From the NCBI GenBank assembly GCA_036493595.1, contig DASXPN010000067.1, positions 4 to 64,003 on the forward strand: DNA of 64,000 nucleotides, given 5' to 3'. This document shows, one piece after another, positions 1 to 8,126 of this stretch. The stretch's first letter is position 1. Each line of letters opens with the position of its first letter. The notes below the pieces were generated by a model. That model worked only from the letters and a program-made list of their open reading frames with translations, did no database searches and had not been told where the DNA came from. Source of the stretch: Acidimicrobiales bacterium (GTDB taxonomy: Bacteria; Actinomycetota; Acidimicrobiia; Acidimicrobiales; JACDCH01). Position numbers and translations under genes: made by a program.

Positions 1-434
1 TCGGTGCCGAGATCATGGGCCGCAACAAGTTCGGGCCGCAGCGTGGCCAGTGGGAGAACCTCGACTGGAAGGGGTGGTGGGGAGACACCCCGCCCTTCCA
101 CACCCCCGTGTTCGTCCTCACCCACCATCACCGACCCAGCTTCACGCTGGCCGACACCACGTTCCACTTCCTCGATGCGACGCCCGCGGAGGCGTTGCGT
201 CAAGCCAAGGACGCCGCTGAGGGGAAGGACGTGCGGGTTGGAGGCGGCGTCGCCACTGTTCGGCAGTTCCTCGAGGCGGACCTCATCGACACCATCCATG
301 TCGCCGTCGCGCCGGTCGAGATCGGCCGAGGGGAGCGACTCTGGTCCTCTCATGAGAACCTGCTCGACCGGTTCCACCTCGAGTCCGTGCCCAGCCCCAG
401 CGGCGTGACGCACCTGCTCTTCTGGCGGCGATGA
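1..434 (+). CDS. Dihydrofolate reductase-family (RibD C-terminal domain) protein, 5' end outside window
   Basis: ORF runs in frame off the left edge. The segment GKDVRVGGGVATVRQFLEADLIDTIHVAVAPVEIGRGERLW matches the C-terminal core pattern of RibD_C/DHFR-like proteins. Confidence 0.6.
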   Translation, partial: GAEIMGRNKFGPQRGQWENLDWKGWWGDTPPFHTPVFVLTHHHRPSFTLADTTFHFLDATPAEALRQAKDAAEGKDVRVGGGVATVRQFLEADLIDTIHVAVAPVEIGRGERLWSSHENLLDRFHLESVPSPSGVTHLLFWRR

Positions 435-530
435 GCACGGCGGACGACGGCCTCCAGTCCGTGGTCCGGCGGAACAGGCGCGCGCTCAGAATGCCGGGTC
501 AGCGCTTTGGTGTCTCCCGACCGGAACTTC

Positions 531-983
531 TCAACAGGTCTCGCCACGGATCGTCCGTGTGGGCGAGGCCGTTCCCAGCTCGGCCTCGGGCTCAAACTTG
601 ACGCCCAGACCTGAACAAACATCGTGCGCGTGCAGGATCAGCTCCATAGCGCCGCGCGGTGCGAAGTCCTGAGGCGCCGCGACGAGGATCTCTGGCCGAC
701 GGAAGATGACCGCTCGAACCTCCTGGGTCGCGTCGTTGATGACCGCACACAAGACACGAGTGGCGGTCTCCAGCGATTCGACGAGCCGAGCCGGATCGGC
801 CTCGGGGCCGAGTGTCATGTCCGCTCCAAGGTCTGGATACCGATCCTGCCGCCGCGATGCGAGGAAGAAGGCCGGCGCCCACACGCAATCGACGGCGTGG
901 TCAGCCGTCTGTAGACACGACCACTCGACGGTGCCGGCCCGTGCCGACCAGTCCGACGAGCGCGTGAACGCACGAGCCGGCAC
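531..983 (-). CDS. DinB / mycothiol-dependent maleylpyruvate-isomerase N-terminal domain-like protein
   Basis: 150-aa ORF with normal composition. His-containing helices (WSCLQTADHAVD, ELILHAHDVCSGLG) are typical of the DinB/MDMPI_N fold. Start codon is uncertain. Confidence 0.45.
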   Translation of the reverse strand: MPARAFTRSSDWSARAGTVEWSCLQTADHAVDCVWAPAFFLASRRQDRYPDLGADMTLGPEADPARLVESLETATRVLCAVINDATQEVRAVIFRRPEILVAAPQDFAPRGAMELILHAHDVCSGLGVKFEPEAELGTASPTRTIRGETC

Positions 984-1287
984 TAGGCGCTACTCGATCG
1001 AGAGGCGGGCGCTGCGCGGACGCGAGATTCTGTGCGCGTCGCTCCGACGCTATGGGCGCGGTTCTCCGACGGGGACATCACGGATCGCCGATTCGGTGCA
1101 TGAAAGCGGTCAGCAGGTCGCTCGGCCCGCGATCGACGGGGCCAAGGATCCGCAGAGCAGAAGCACCCGCGCCCGTTCCCTCACTCCGGCATGATCCAGC
1201 CGGGCTGCCACGGGACCCGACTCGCGGCCGGTCGGCGGCCTCCAAGCAAGCCGTGCGGTAACCGAACCGGCGCGGGCAGGCTCCTCT

Positions 1288-3228
1288 TTGATGATGACGC
1301 TGGTCGAGGATCGGGATCGTTGGGCGGCGCTCGTAGGCGCGGCTCAACGGGGCGATGTCAGTGCTTGGCCGGCGCTGATCGACCGCTTCGAGGACATCGC
1401 GGTCGCCTCAGCCGTGGGCCTGTGCGGCGATCTGGACGAGGCCATGGACATCGCTCAGGAAGCGTTCGTCCTGGCCTTTCGCCACATCGACGGCCTTCGG
1501 GACCCGGCTGCGTTCCCGGCCTGGCTGCTGCGGCTGGTCCGCACCGCGACCAACCGCAGGACCCGCCGCCGTCGACCCGTCGCCGTGCCGCTCGATGCCG
1601 TACCCGGCGCGAACCGGCCCGGTGCGCCGGCGGACGCGGCCGCCGGACCCGAGGAGGTCGTGCTCGCCGCCGTCGAGGCGGCCGAAGTGCGTGCCGCGGT
1701 CGAGCGCCTGCCGGAGGGCGAGCGGTGCGTGGTCGCGCTGCACCACCTGGCCGGAATGCCGTACGCGGAGGTCGCTGCCTTCCTCGGGATCACCGTCCCT
1801 GCTGCCAAGAAGCGGGCGTGGTCCGCCCGCACCCGATTGAAGGAGTTGCTCCCCATGGTCGCCGACGCCCTCGCCGCCGCCCGCCCGTCTGGTACCGAAG
1901 CGTTTCGGGACACCATCCTGCTGTTCCAGGCCCTCCGGACGCAGGACGCCGATGGGTTGGCCCGCCTCTTGGCCCGGAACCCCTTGCTGGCCGCCGCCAC
2001 CGAGGACTGGTCCCCGGCCGAGGGGTTCGAGTCGCGGCTCGGGTTCGCGGACCGGGCGACTGCGCTGATCCGCGCGGCCGGACTCGGCGACGTCCGGCTG
2101 GTACGCCTGCTGGTCGAGGCCGGTGCCCCAGTCGCTGACGCATGCCCGTGCGCCGGACACGAGAGCGCGCTGTGGGCGGCGGTCAACATCGGTGCCACCG
2201 ATGTCGTCGACTACCTGCTCGACAACGGCGCCTCCGTCGACGGCGGCGCGTTCGACGGCGAGGCCACCGCCCTCCACGTCGCCGTCTATCGCGAGCGCCA
2301 CGATCTCGTGCGCCGGCTGCTGGCGGCCGGGGCCGACCCGGCCGCGACCGACACACACGGCCGTACCGCCGCGGACTGGGGCGCCCTGAAAGCGACTCGC
2401 CGGGCTGAGGCGCCCGACGGCGATGTCCTCTGGACCCGCATCCGGGCCATCGACTTGTTCGCGCCACTGCGGCGAGGGGCTCTCGTGCACATCCCGCCCG
2501 CCTACGGGCTCGGCGCGATCAGAGCCGTGCTCGGCGTGGTCGACGCCCTCGCCCCCGCGCGTTGGTGGGTGATCGGGTTCGAGCACGGACCCTACGAACC
2601 GGTGGAGTTACAGCGGGACGCGCACGAGCGCGGCATGACGGCGACGGTCGATCTGATCGGGCCGGACGATCCCGGCGACCGACGTCGGCGGTTCGCCAAC
2701 TCGCTCGAGCGACTGGCCGCCACGCCCGGTCCCAAGGTCGTCACGTGCGTGCCCGCACCCGGGCACGAGCACGACGTCACCGTCGGTCTTCCCGGCCTCG
2801 CGGCTGATCCGTCGGTGCTGGCAACCGTCGTGCTGGCGACATACACGCCTGAGCCCGCGGCGGTGCCCGAGGCGCTCCCCGAGGGGTTCGACGCCCGCAT
2901 CACCTTCGACGGGGCCCGCGCCCGCGCTCGCCTCTGGCCCGCGATCGACCCAGACCGCACCAGCGCCCGGACCTACCCGGGCGAGCGCCACGAACACATC
3001 GCGCGCGCCGCTCGCGCCACCCTCGCCGGCTACGCCGCAGTCGACCCCACGTTCGCGCTTGCCGACCCGTCCGCGTTCGACGAGCCGGCTGCGGCCGAGC
3101 GGGCCCAGGCGCTCGTGCGTTACCTCGCCCATTCGTTCCGCGTGGTTGAGCTGTTCTGCGCGCTGCCGGCGGTCGAAACACCGATGGCCCAGGTCCTCGA
3201 CACCGTCGAGGACCTGCTCGGCCTTTGA
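1288..3228 (+). CDS. ECF (sigma-70 family) sigma factor fused to ankyrin repeats and a degenerate F1-ATPase beta-subunit-like domain
   Basis: Single uninterrupted 646-codon ORF. Residues 1-190 hold sigma region 2 (DIAQEAFVLAFRHIDGLRDPAAFPAWLLRLVRT) and region 4 HTH (ERCVVALHHLAGMPYAEVAAFLGITVPAAKKRAWSARTRL). Residues ~255-365 are three ankyrin-like repeats (TALIRAAGLGDVRLVRLLVEAGA; SALWAAVNIGATDVVDYLLDNGAS; TALHVAVYRERHDLVRRLLAAGADP). Residues ~380-646 are collinear with ATP synthase beta (IRAIDLFAPLRRG..; LWPAIDPDRTSAR vs GIYPAVDPLDSTSR; AERAQALVRYLAHSFRVVELF vs [20 protein letters not shown]), but the P-loop is replaced by PPAYGLGA. Confidence 0.8.
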   Translation: MMMTLVEDRDRWAALVGAAQRGDVSAWPALIDRFEDIAVASAVGLCGDLDEAMDIAQEAFVLAFRHIDGLRDPAAFPAWLLRLVRTATNRRTRRRRPVAVPLDAVPGANRPGAPADAAAGPEEVVLAAVEAAEVRAAVERLPEGERCVVALHHLAGMPYAEVAAFLGITVPAAKKRAWSARTRLKELLPMVADALAAARPSGTEAFRDTILLFQALRTQDADGLARLLARNPLLAAATEDWSPAEGFESRLGFADRATALIRAAGLGDVRLVRLLVEAGAPVADACPCAGHESALWAAVNIGATDVVDYLLDNGASVDGGAFDGEATALHVAVYRERHDLVRRLLAAGADPAATDTHGRTAADWGALKATRRAEAPDGDVLWTRIRAIDLFAPLRRGALVHIPPAYGLGAIRAVLGVVDALAPARWWVIGFEHGPYEPVELQRDAHERGMTATVDLIGPDDPGDRRRRFANSLERLAATPGPKVVTCVPAPGHEHDVTVGLPGLAADPSVLATVVLATYTPEPAAVPEALPEGFDARITFDGARARARLWPAIDPDRTSARTYPGERHEHIARAARATLAGYAAVDPTFALADPSAFDEPAAAERAQALVRYLAHSFRVVELFCALPAVETPMAQVLDTVEDLLGL

Positions 3229-3590
3229 CGTCCAGCCCTTCCTTGAGGTCGAGCTGGTCGGGTTAGGCCCGTTGCCCACGACCTGGCCGAGGTCGGAGTA
3301 CCAGAACACGTCACGCCGGTCGCACATGCGTCGTCGATGCAGACAAGCCACTCGTTCCTCGTCGCTCTCACGACCTGCTAAATCGACGGCTCTGTGGGCA
3401 ACCGGACGGCCGCCCACAACGACGCCGGGCACGCCGACAACGCGATCCCGACGCCAGCGATGTACGTGTCGATCGCGCGCACTTCGTGCGCGCACACGAT
3501 GAGCGAGGAAGCGTCCGGTACCGCTCGTCCCGCGATGCCACCAAACGCCGGTTACGCATCGAGTGGTTGCGTTCGTAGGCTCGCGAGTGG

Positions 3591-4451
3591 ATGACCTCTG
3601 GCGGGTGGCAGGATTGGGAGTGGGACGAGACGCTGTTCGCCGGCGCCGCGCCGTACTACTCGCAGGGTCGGCTCCCGTATGCCGAGGGGCTCGCGGACGC
3701 GTTGCGTACCGCACTCGCGCTCGACGCCCACGGTCGGTTGCTTGACGTTGGTTGCGGCCCGGGTGTGGTCACGATCCGGCTCGCCCATCTCTTCGACGAA
3801 GTCGTGGGGCTCGACCCCGATGCCGACATGCTCGACGAGGCCGTACGAGTCGCGGAAGGTGCTGGTGTCGCGAACGCGCGATGGGTTCGCATGCGCGCCG
3901 AGGAACTCCCCGGGACACTGGGACTCTTTCGGGTAGTGGCCTTTGCCGCGTCGTTTCACTGGATGGACCGACCCAAAGTTGCGCGGCTGGTTCGCTCGAT
4001 GCTCGATCGGGGCGGCGTCGCGATCCAGATCGACGCGCCTTCGTACCGGTGTGACGCACTGGCCGACGCCGCCACAGCTGGGCTTCCTCATCCGTTTCCG
4101 CCCGACGACGCGATCGTCGAGCTCCGCCACCGCTATCTCGGCCCCGATACTCGAGCCGGACGCGGCATCCGCAACTCCTCACCCGACGGAGAAGACGCCG
4201 TCTTCATCGACGCCGGCTTCGAGCCGGCCCGCGAGATCGTCATACCGGATGGACGGGTCCTCGAACGCACGGTCGACGATCTCGTCGCGACGCGGTTCTC
4301 ATCGTCGCCGACCACACCGCACGTGTTCGGCGGCCGAGTCGGCGAGTTCGAAGCAGACCTACGGCAGCTCCTGACGGAAGCCTCGCCATCGGGAGTCTTC
4401 TCCGTACGGCTTCCCGACAACATCCTTCGGATCTGGAGGCCCGAGGCGTGA
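3591..4451 (+). CDS. Class I SAM-dependent methyltransferase
   Basis: ATG at 3591. Motif I LLDVGCGPGVVT, followed by VVGLDPDADML and the FRVVAFAASFHWMD post-motif pattern typical of Methyltransf_11/25 proteins. Confidence 0.8.
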   Translation: MTSGGWQDWEWDETLFAGAAPYYSQGRLPYAEGLADALRTALALDAHGRLLDVGCGPGVVTIRLAHLFDEVVGLDPDADMLDEAVRVAEGAGVANARWVRMRAEELPGTLGLFRVVAFAASFHWMDRPKVARLVRSMLDRGGVAIQIDAPSYRCDALADAATAGLPHPFPPDDAIVELRHRYLGPDTRAGRGIRNSSPDGEDAVFIDAGFEPAREIVIPDGRVLERTVDDLVATRFSSSPTTPHVFGGRVGEFEADLRQLLTEASPSGVFSVRLPDNILRIWRPEA

Positions 4452-4691
4452 TCGCCGGCCGTCGCCTGACGCAAGCGACGAGATGAACGAGAAGATGTAG
4501 CCCTCGGTACCGCTCATCTCGTAACCGCGGCCCCAGGGCCGGTCGGACGGAGGAACGAGGACGGTCGCTCCGGCGCCCGCCGCGCGGGCGTGGTGCGCAT
4601 CGACGTCCCCGACATTGATCACGATGAGATGGGTAACACCGCCCGCGGCGCGAGGGGTGAGCACGTTGTGCGCTCCCGGCTTGTCGCTCAT
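4359..4691 (-). pseudogene. VOC/glyoxalase-fold fragment (single beta-alpha-beta-beta-beta module with an aberrant tail)
   Basis: THLIVINVGDVDAHHARAAGAGATVLVPPSDRPWGRGYEMSGTEGYIFSF is a typical C-terminal VOC module. No N-terminal module is seen upstream. The ORF continues ~40 codons past the usual end and overlaps the convergent methyltransferase by 93 nt. Confidence 0.35.
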
Positions 4692-4826
4692 GTCGGGGTC
4701 GGCGCACTCGAGGTCGTGCGGTCATGATCTTGCCTTGCGGACCTAGCTGTGCTCGCGATCGAGCATCCCCCAACCGCGCCGGCCACGTCCTTACGCTTGG
4801 CGCGGCCGGGAGGAGAGGGGGATCGG

Positions 4827-5444
4827 ATGAGTCGCCGTCCGACCGTCTACGGGCTCGACATCGAAACCGACACGACCATCGACGGACTCGACTCCGAGGT
4901 GGCATCCGTCGTCACCGTTGCGCTCTCGCACGACACCTACGACGAAGTGTTCAGCGGCGACGAGCCGTCGATCCTCGCCCAACTCGATCATCGACTGAAC
5001 GAGTTGGACCCTGGTGTGCTCGCAACGTGGAACGGTGCCGCGTTCGACCTGCCGTTCCTCGCGGACCGCGCCGCGCTGCTCGACGTGCAGATCGGTTTGC
5101 GGTTACAACACGATCCGCACATCCGCATGCACCATCAGCCCTTGCCGGGACACGCCGGCGCGTACCGAGCGCGCTGGCACCGGCACGGCCACATCGATGC
5201 ATACCGGCTGTACCGCGGCGACGTCGGACCCGCGTTGCGGGTCAGTTGCTCGCTCAAGTCGATCGCCCGCCTCGTCGGCCTCGCGCCACTCGAAGTCGAT
5301 CGCACGCACATCCACGACTTGAGCCGTGAGGTGTTGCACGCGTATGCCGCGAGCGACGCCCGCCTCGCACGCGTGCTGACGGAACGCCGGTGGGGATCCG
5401 CCTCCCGCTTCGTCGACCGGCTCTCCGCCGACCGCGCCGCGTAG
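4827..5444 (+). CDS. DEDD-type 3'-5' exonuclease (RNase H-like superfamily)
   Basis: ATG at 4827 preceded by GGAGGAGAGGGGG. ExoI YGLDIETDT, ExoII TWNGAAFDLPFL, ExoIII-like HAYAASDARL. Confidence 0.7.
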   Translation: MSRRPTVYGLDIETDTTIDGLDSEVASVVTVALSHDTYDEVFSGDEPSILAQLDHRLNELDPGVLATWNGAAFDLPFLADRAALLDVQIGLRLQHDPHIRMHHQPLPGHAGAYRARWHRHGHIDAYRLYRGDVGPALRVSCSLKSIARLVGLAPLEVDRTHIHDLSREVLHAYAASDARLARVLTERRWGSASRFVDRLSADRAA

Positions 5445-5535
5445 CTCTCGCCTGACGCGCCGCCTGGCCCGCTGGCTCGGGCTCACCGCCGGCGGTGGCG
5501 GCGTTGTCACACCGTCTCCGTAGGATGCTCGCCCA

Positions 5536-5549
5536 GCGAACGGGTTCGC
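5536..5549. promoter_or_regulatory. Palindrome GCGAAC-GG-GTTCGC downstream of a TAGGAT hexamer, upstream of the 5616 gene
   Basis: Perfect 6+2+6 inverted repeat. It shares the GAAC-NN-GTTC core with the three KstR-type boxes at 24.9-27.5 kb. TAGGAT lies at 5521-5526. Confidence 0.3.
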
Positions 5550-5615
5550 GATCTCCCTCCCGCATGGCGGGCGCCGGATCGCCTCACAGCAGGCATCCGT
5601 CACCCGGGAGACCCA

Positions 5616-6578
5616 ATGGTTTCGAACCGCCCGACCGTCCGCACCACCCGCCGCCGCCTCCACTGCGTCGACTCGATCGCCGACGGCGCCGGCGATCTCC
5701 AGCTCCGGGCGAGTGCGCTCGACGAACACCTTCCTGCGCTGGTCACCCTGCTCGAGACCAACATCGCGCAGGAAGGCCTCGATCGGCCGCACCTCGTGCG
5801 CGTGGTCTCGACCAGCGTGACCGGCGACGGCATCGACGTCGGCATTCGACCGGTGGACGACGACGTCGACGGCGTGGTCGAGGCACTTGCGGGGTTCACC
5901 GCGCCGGCGAACTGGTTGGCGATCGGTGTGGCCGCCGGGGCCAACGCGTACGCGCTCGGCGACATCGGGGGCGAGCGTTCGCGCGCGCTGCTCGTGCATC
6001 TCGTGACGCGCAACGGCGAGTCGGCGTCGGTGCTGCGCATCGAGGGCGAGCAACCGCGCGTGCTGACGCCGGCCGATGCCGGGTCGACGAGCGGGCGGGT
6101 CGACGACGTCTGTCGCCGCGCTCTTGCCCTACCGACGCCGCCCCCTTCGAGCACGCTCGAGCTCTGGGCACTGGTCTGGCTCGACAACCTCCTGGCCGCG
6201 TCGGCCACCGGGGTCGAGTGCACGCCGCTGTCGTGGCGGAACGTGACCGCGCTGCATCCGGCCGTGTGCACCATCGTCGAATCGGAGCCGGAGCTCGGCG
6301 ACGAAGCATCGACACGCCTCGTCAGGTTGGGGCACCTGTACGCGAGCATCCACGACTGGTCGACGCTGCGCATCGCGTGCGGCAAGGGCGACTGGCCCGC
6401 CGGTGGGGTTTCGCCGCGCGTCGCGAAGTGGCTCGACGATGGCGCGTTCAGTCGTTGGGTGACCGGCAGCTACCCGCCGCTCGACGAGCTCGCGGGCGCG
6501 GTTTGCGAGCTGGTGTCCGCTGCCGTCGCGCGCCGCCTTCGGTCGACGTTGCGCGAGTGGGGTGTGGCGGAGGGGTGA
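5616..6578 (+). CDS. Hypothetical protein (320 aa), no recognisable domain
   Basis: ATG at 5616 preceded by GGGAGA. Balanced amino-acid composition, unlike the Arg/Pro-rich alternative frames. Confidence 0.5.
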   Translation: MVSNRPTVRTTRRRLHCVDSIADGAGDLQLRASALDEHLPALVTLLETNIAQEGLDRPHLVRVVSTSVTGDGIDVGIRPVDDDVDGVVEALAGFTAPANWLAIGVAAGANAYALGDIGGERSRALLVHLVTRNGESASVLRIEGEQPRVLTPADAGSTSGRVDDVCRRALALPTPPPSSTLELWALVWLDNLLAASATGVECTPLSWRNVTALHPAVCTIVESEPELGDEASTRLVRLGHLYASIHDWSTLRIACGKGDWPAGGVSPRVAKWLDDGAFSRWVTGSYPPLDELAGAVCELVSAAVARRLRSTLREWGVAEG

Positions 6579-6584
6579 GCGCCG

Positions 6585-6881
6585 CTACGAGCTCGCGTTG
6601 TCGACGAACTCGGCGATCTCGACGAACTCGATCTCGGGCGCGGTGCCGTACAGACCCGTGACCCGCTCGCGGAGCTCGTCCGAAAAGAAGGCCTCGGCGG
6701 CCTTCGCGTCGTCCCACACGTAGACGTTGACGGCGCGCTGCTCCTTTTCGTTGAAGGTGAAGGCCTTGCTCCGGAGCCCGGGCAGGCCCTCGAACATCCC
6801 GCGGGCGTTCTCGGCCACCCTCTCGATCCGGGTGCGATCGAAATCGCCGTCGTACTCGAAGGTCACGAAGACACCGATCAT
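6585..6881 (-). CDS. YdhR-like / ABM-fold putative monooxygenase
   Basis: Start MIGVFVTFEY preceded by GAGGGGAGGGG. About 98 aa with the ferredoxin-like pattern AVNVYVWDDAKAAEAFFSDELRERV seen in YdhR/Dabb proteins. Confidence 0.5.
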   Translation of the reverse strand: MIGVFVTFEYDGDFDRTRIERVAENARGMFEGLPGLRSKAFTFNEKEQRAVNVYVWDDAKAAEAFFSDELRERVTGLYGTAPEIEFVEIAEFVDNASS

Positions 6882-6975
6882 CGGGCCCCTCCCCTCTGAC
6901 ACGCGACAACCTCGCCTGTCGTCGGCCGTGAGCCTAACGACGTGGTAGAGCAGGCGTGCGGTCGAGGGCCCGCGG

Positions 6976-8013
6976 TCAGGGTGGTGGCGGGAGCGACGCG
7001 CCCGGGCCGGATGCGAACTGCTGTGCCATCAGGTCGCGCGACGCCGTTGGGCTCGCGTTCCAGTCGTAGATCGAGCCACCGATGGCGTGGTCGTCGTACA
7101 ACGACTTCACGAAGTCGGTCAGCTCCGTCGCCGTGGCGGTGTCAGAGATGCCGCCGATGGCGTGCACGAGCGCGTTCGGATCACCGAGATCCGCCCGCAA
7201 CCGGCGCGTGCTCTCGTCGTTGTACGTGTAGCCGTCGTGGTAGCCCGATGACACGGTTCGAAACGTCCAGTAGCTCATCGGAAGCCAGACGTTGTAGAGC
7301 GGCGCCACCTCGGTCCACGGGAAGTCGGGCCAACGTGCCGGGTTCACGACCTCCGTGAGCACGGGCGGCAACACGATGGCACCGACTGCTTCGCTGCCGA
7401 CCGCCTCGCGCAGTCGCGTCGACAGATCGACGAGGCGTCGGTTGCGGTCGCCGGGGTCGGCCACCGTGTCGACGTCTTCGATGTCGACCGCGAGGCCGTC
7501 GAAGCGATGGCCGAGCACGTTGAACCGCTCGATGGCGAGCAGTCGCGAGAGGTCCGCGTCGACATCGGCGAACGTCGGCAGGTACCAACCGACGACCCGC
7601 ATGCCCCGAAGATGTGCACGCACGAGGAACTCGGCGAGGATCGCGCGATCGACGAGGCCGTCGGGCGACGTGCTGTCGGGCCGCGCCGCTTGGAGGAACA
7701 GCGTGTGCACACCGTGCGCAGCCATGTCGTCCACCGCGATGGCCGGCGTGAGCGGCGGCGCCGCCCCGGCCTTTTGATACTCGGGACTGAAGTCGAATGC
7801 GTCGACCCATGCCCCTTGACCCGAGTAGGCGCGGACGTCGCGGGTGGTCGGCCCGGTCGTCGCGACACGGCTGAGCACCGTCCCGACCGCCCCGCCCGGT
7901 GCGGCGCCGGCAGGGCGAGTGGCGCTGAACACGAGGACGCCGGCGACGAGGAGGAACGCCACTACGAGCGCGACCCGCACCCGCGAAGTTCGCAGTCGCG
8001 TCACCCGCGGCAC
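6976..8013 (-). CDS. Membrane-anchored or secreted TIM-barrel glycoside-hydrolase-like protein (GHL10/DUF4015-type)
   Basis: N-terminal RLRTSRVRVALVVAFLLVAGVLVFSA signal/anchor. Also GAWVDAFDF, HTLFLQAARPD, RGMRVVGWYLP and DGLAVDIED beta-strand-end motifs. GTG start at 8013 or 8004; the longer ORF to 8205 would overlap the divergent gene. Confidence 0.45.
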   Translation of the reverse strand: MPRVTRLRTSRVRVALVVAFLLVAGVLVFSATRPAGAAPGGAVGTVLSRVATTGPTTRDVRAYSGQGAWVDAFDFSPEYQKAGAAPPLTPAIAVDDMAAHGVHTLFLQAARPDSTSPDGLVDRAILAEFLVRAHLRGMRVVGWYLPTFADVDADLSRLLAIERFNVLGHRFDGLAVDIEDVDTVADPGDRNRRLVDLSTRLREAVGSEAVGAIVLPPVLTEVVNPARWPDFPWTEVAPLYNVWLPMSYWTFRTVSSGYHDGYTYNDESTRRLRADLGDPNALVHAIGGISDTATATELTDFVKSLYDDHAIGGSIYDWNASPTASRDLMAQQFASGPGASLPPPP

Positions 8014-8126
8014 CGTACTGGCGCCTGCCTGCCCATCGAGGGAACCCCTCGCCGCCCGGGACGAGTGGCGGGCCTCGTCACCCGTTGCCGGAAACCGAAC
8101 CCTCACGGCGGTAGATTCATCGCTTC

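Noticed and set aside
984-1287. Looked for an autoregulated ECF-type promoter (GGAAC-like -35, CGT-like -10) upstream of the sigma-fusion gene. The sequence GTAACCGAACC at ~1258-1268 caught my eye.
   Set aside because: There is no convincing -10 element at the right spacing, and it is too close to the start codon to judge by eye. Not reported as a feature.
3229-3590. A 362-nt stretch without a credible ORF between the sigma-fusion gene and the methyltransferase. I considered a small RNA, a riboswitch or a gene remnant.
   Set aside because: I recognise no conserved RNA motif or stable extended structure. The short minus-strand peptides, such as one ending ...AIDTYIAGVGIALSA..., have no family signature. 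It may be decayed coding DNA, but I cannot support a call.
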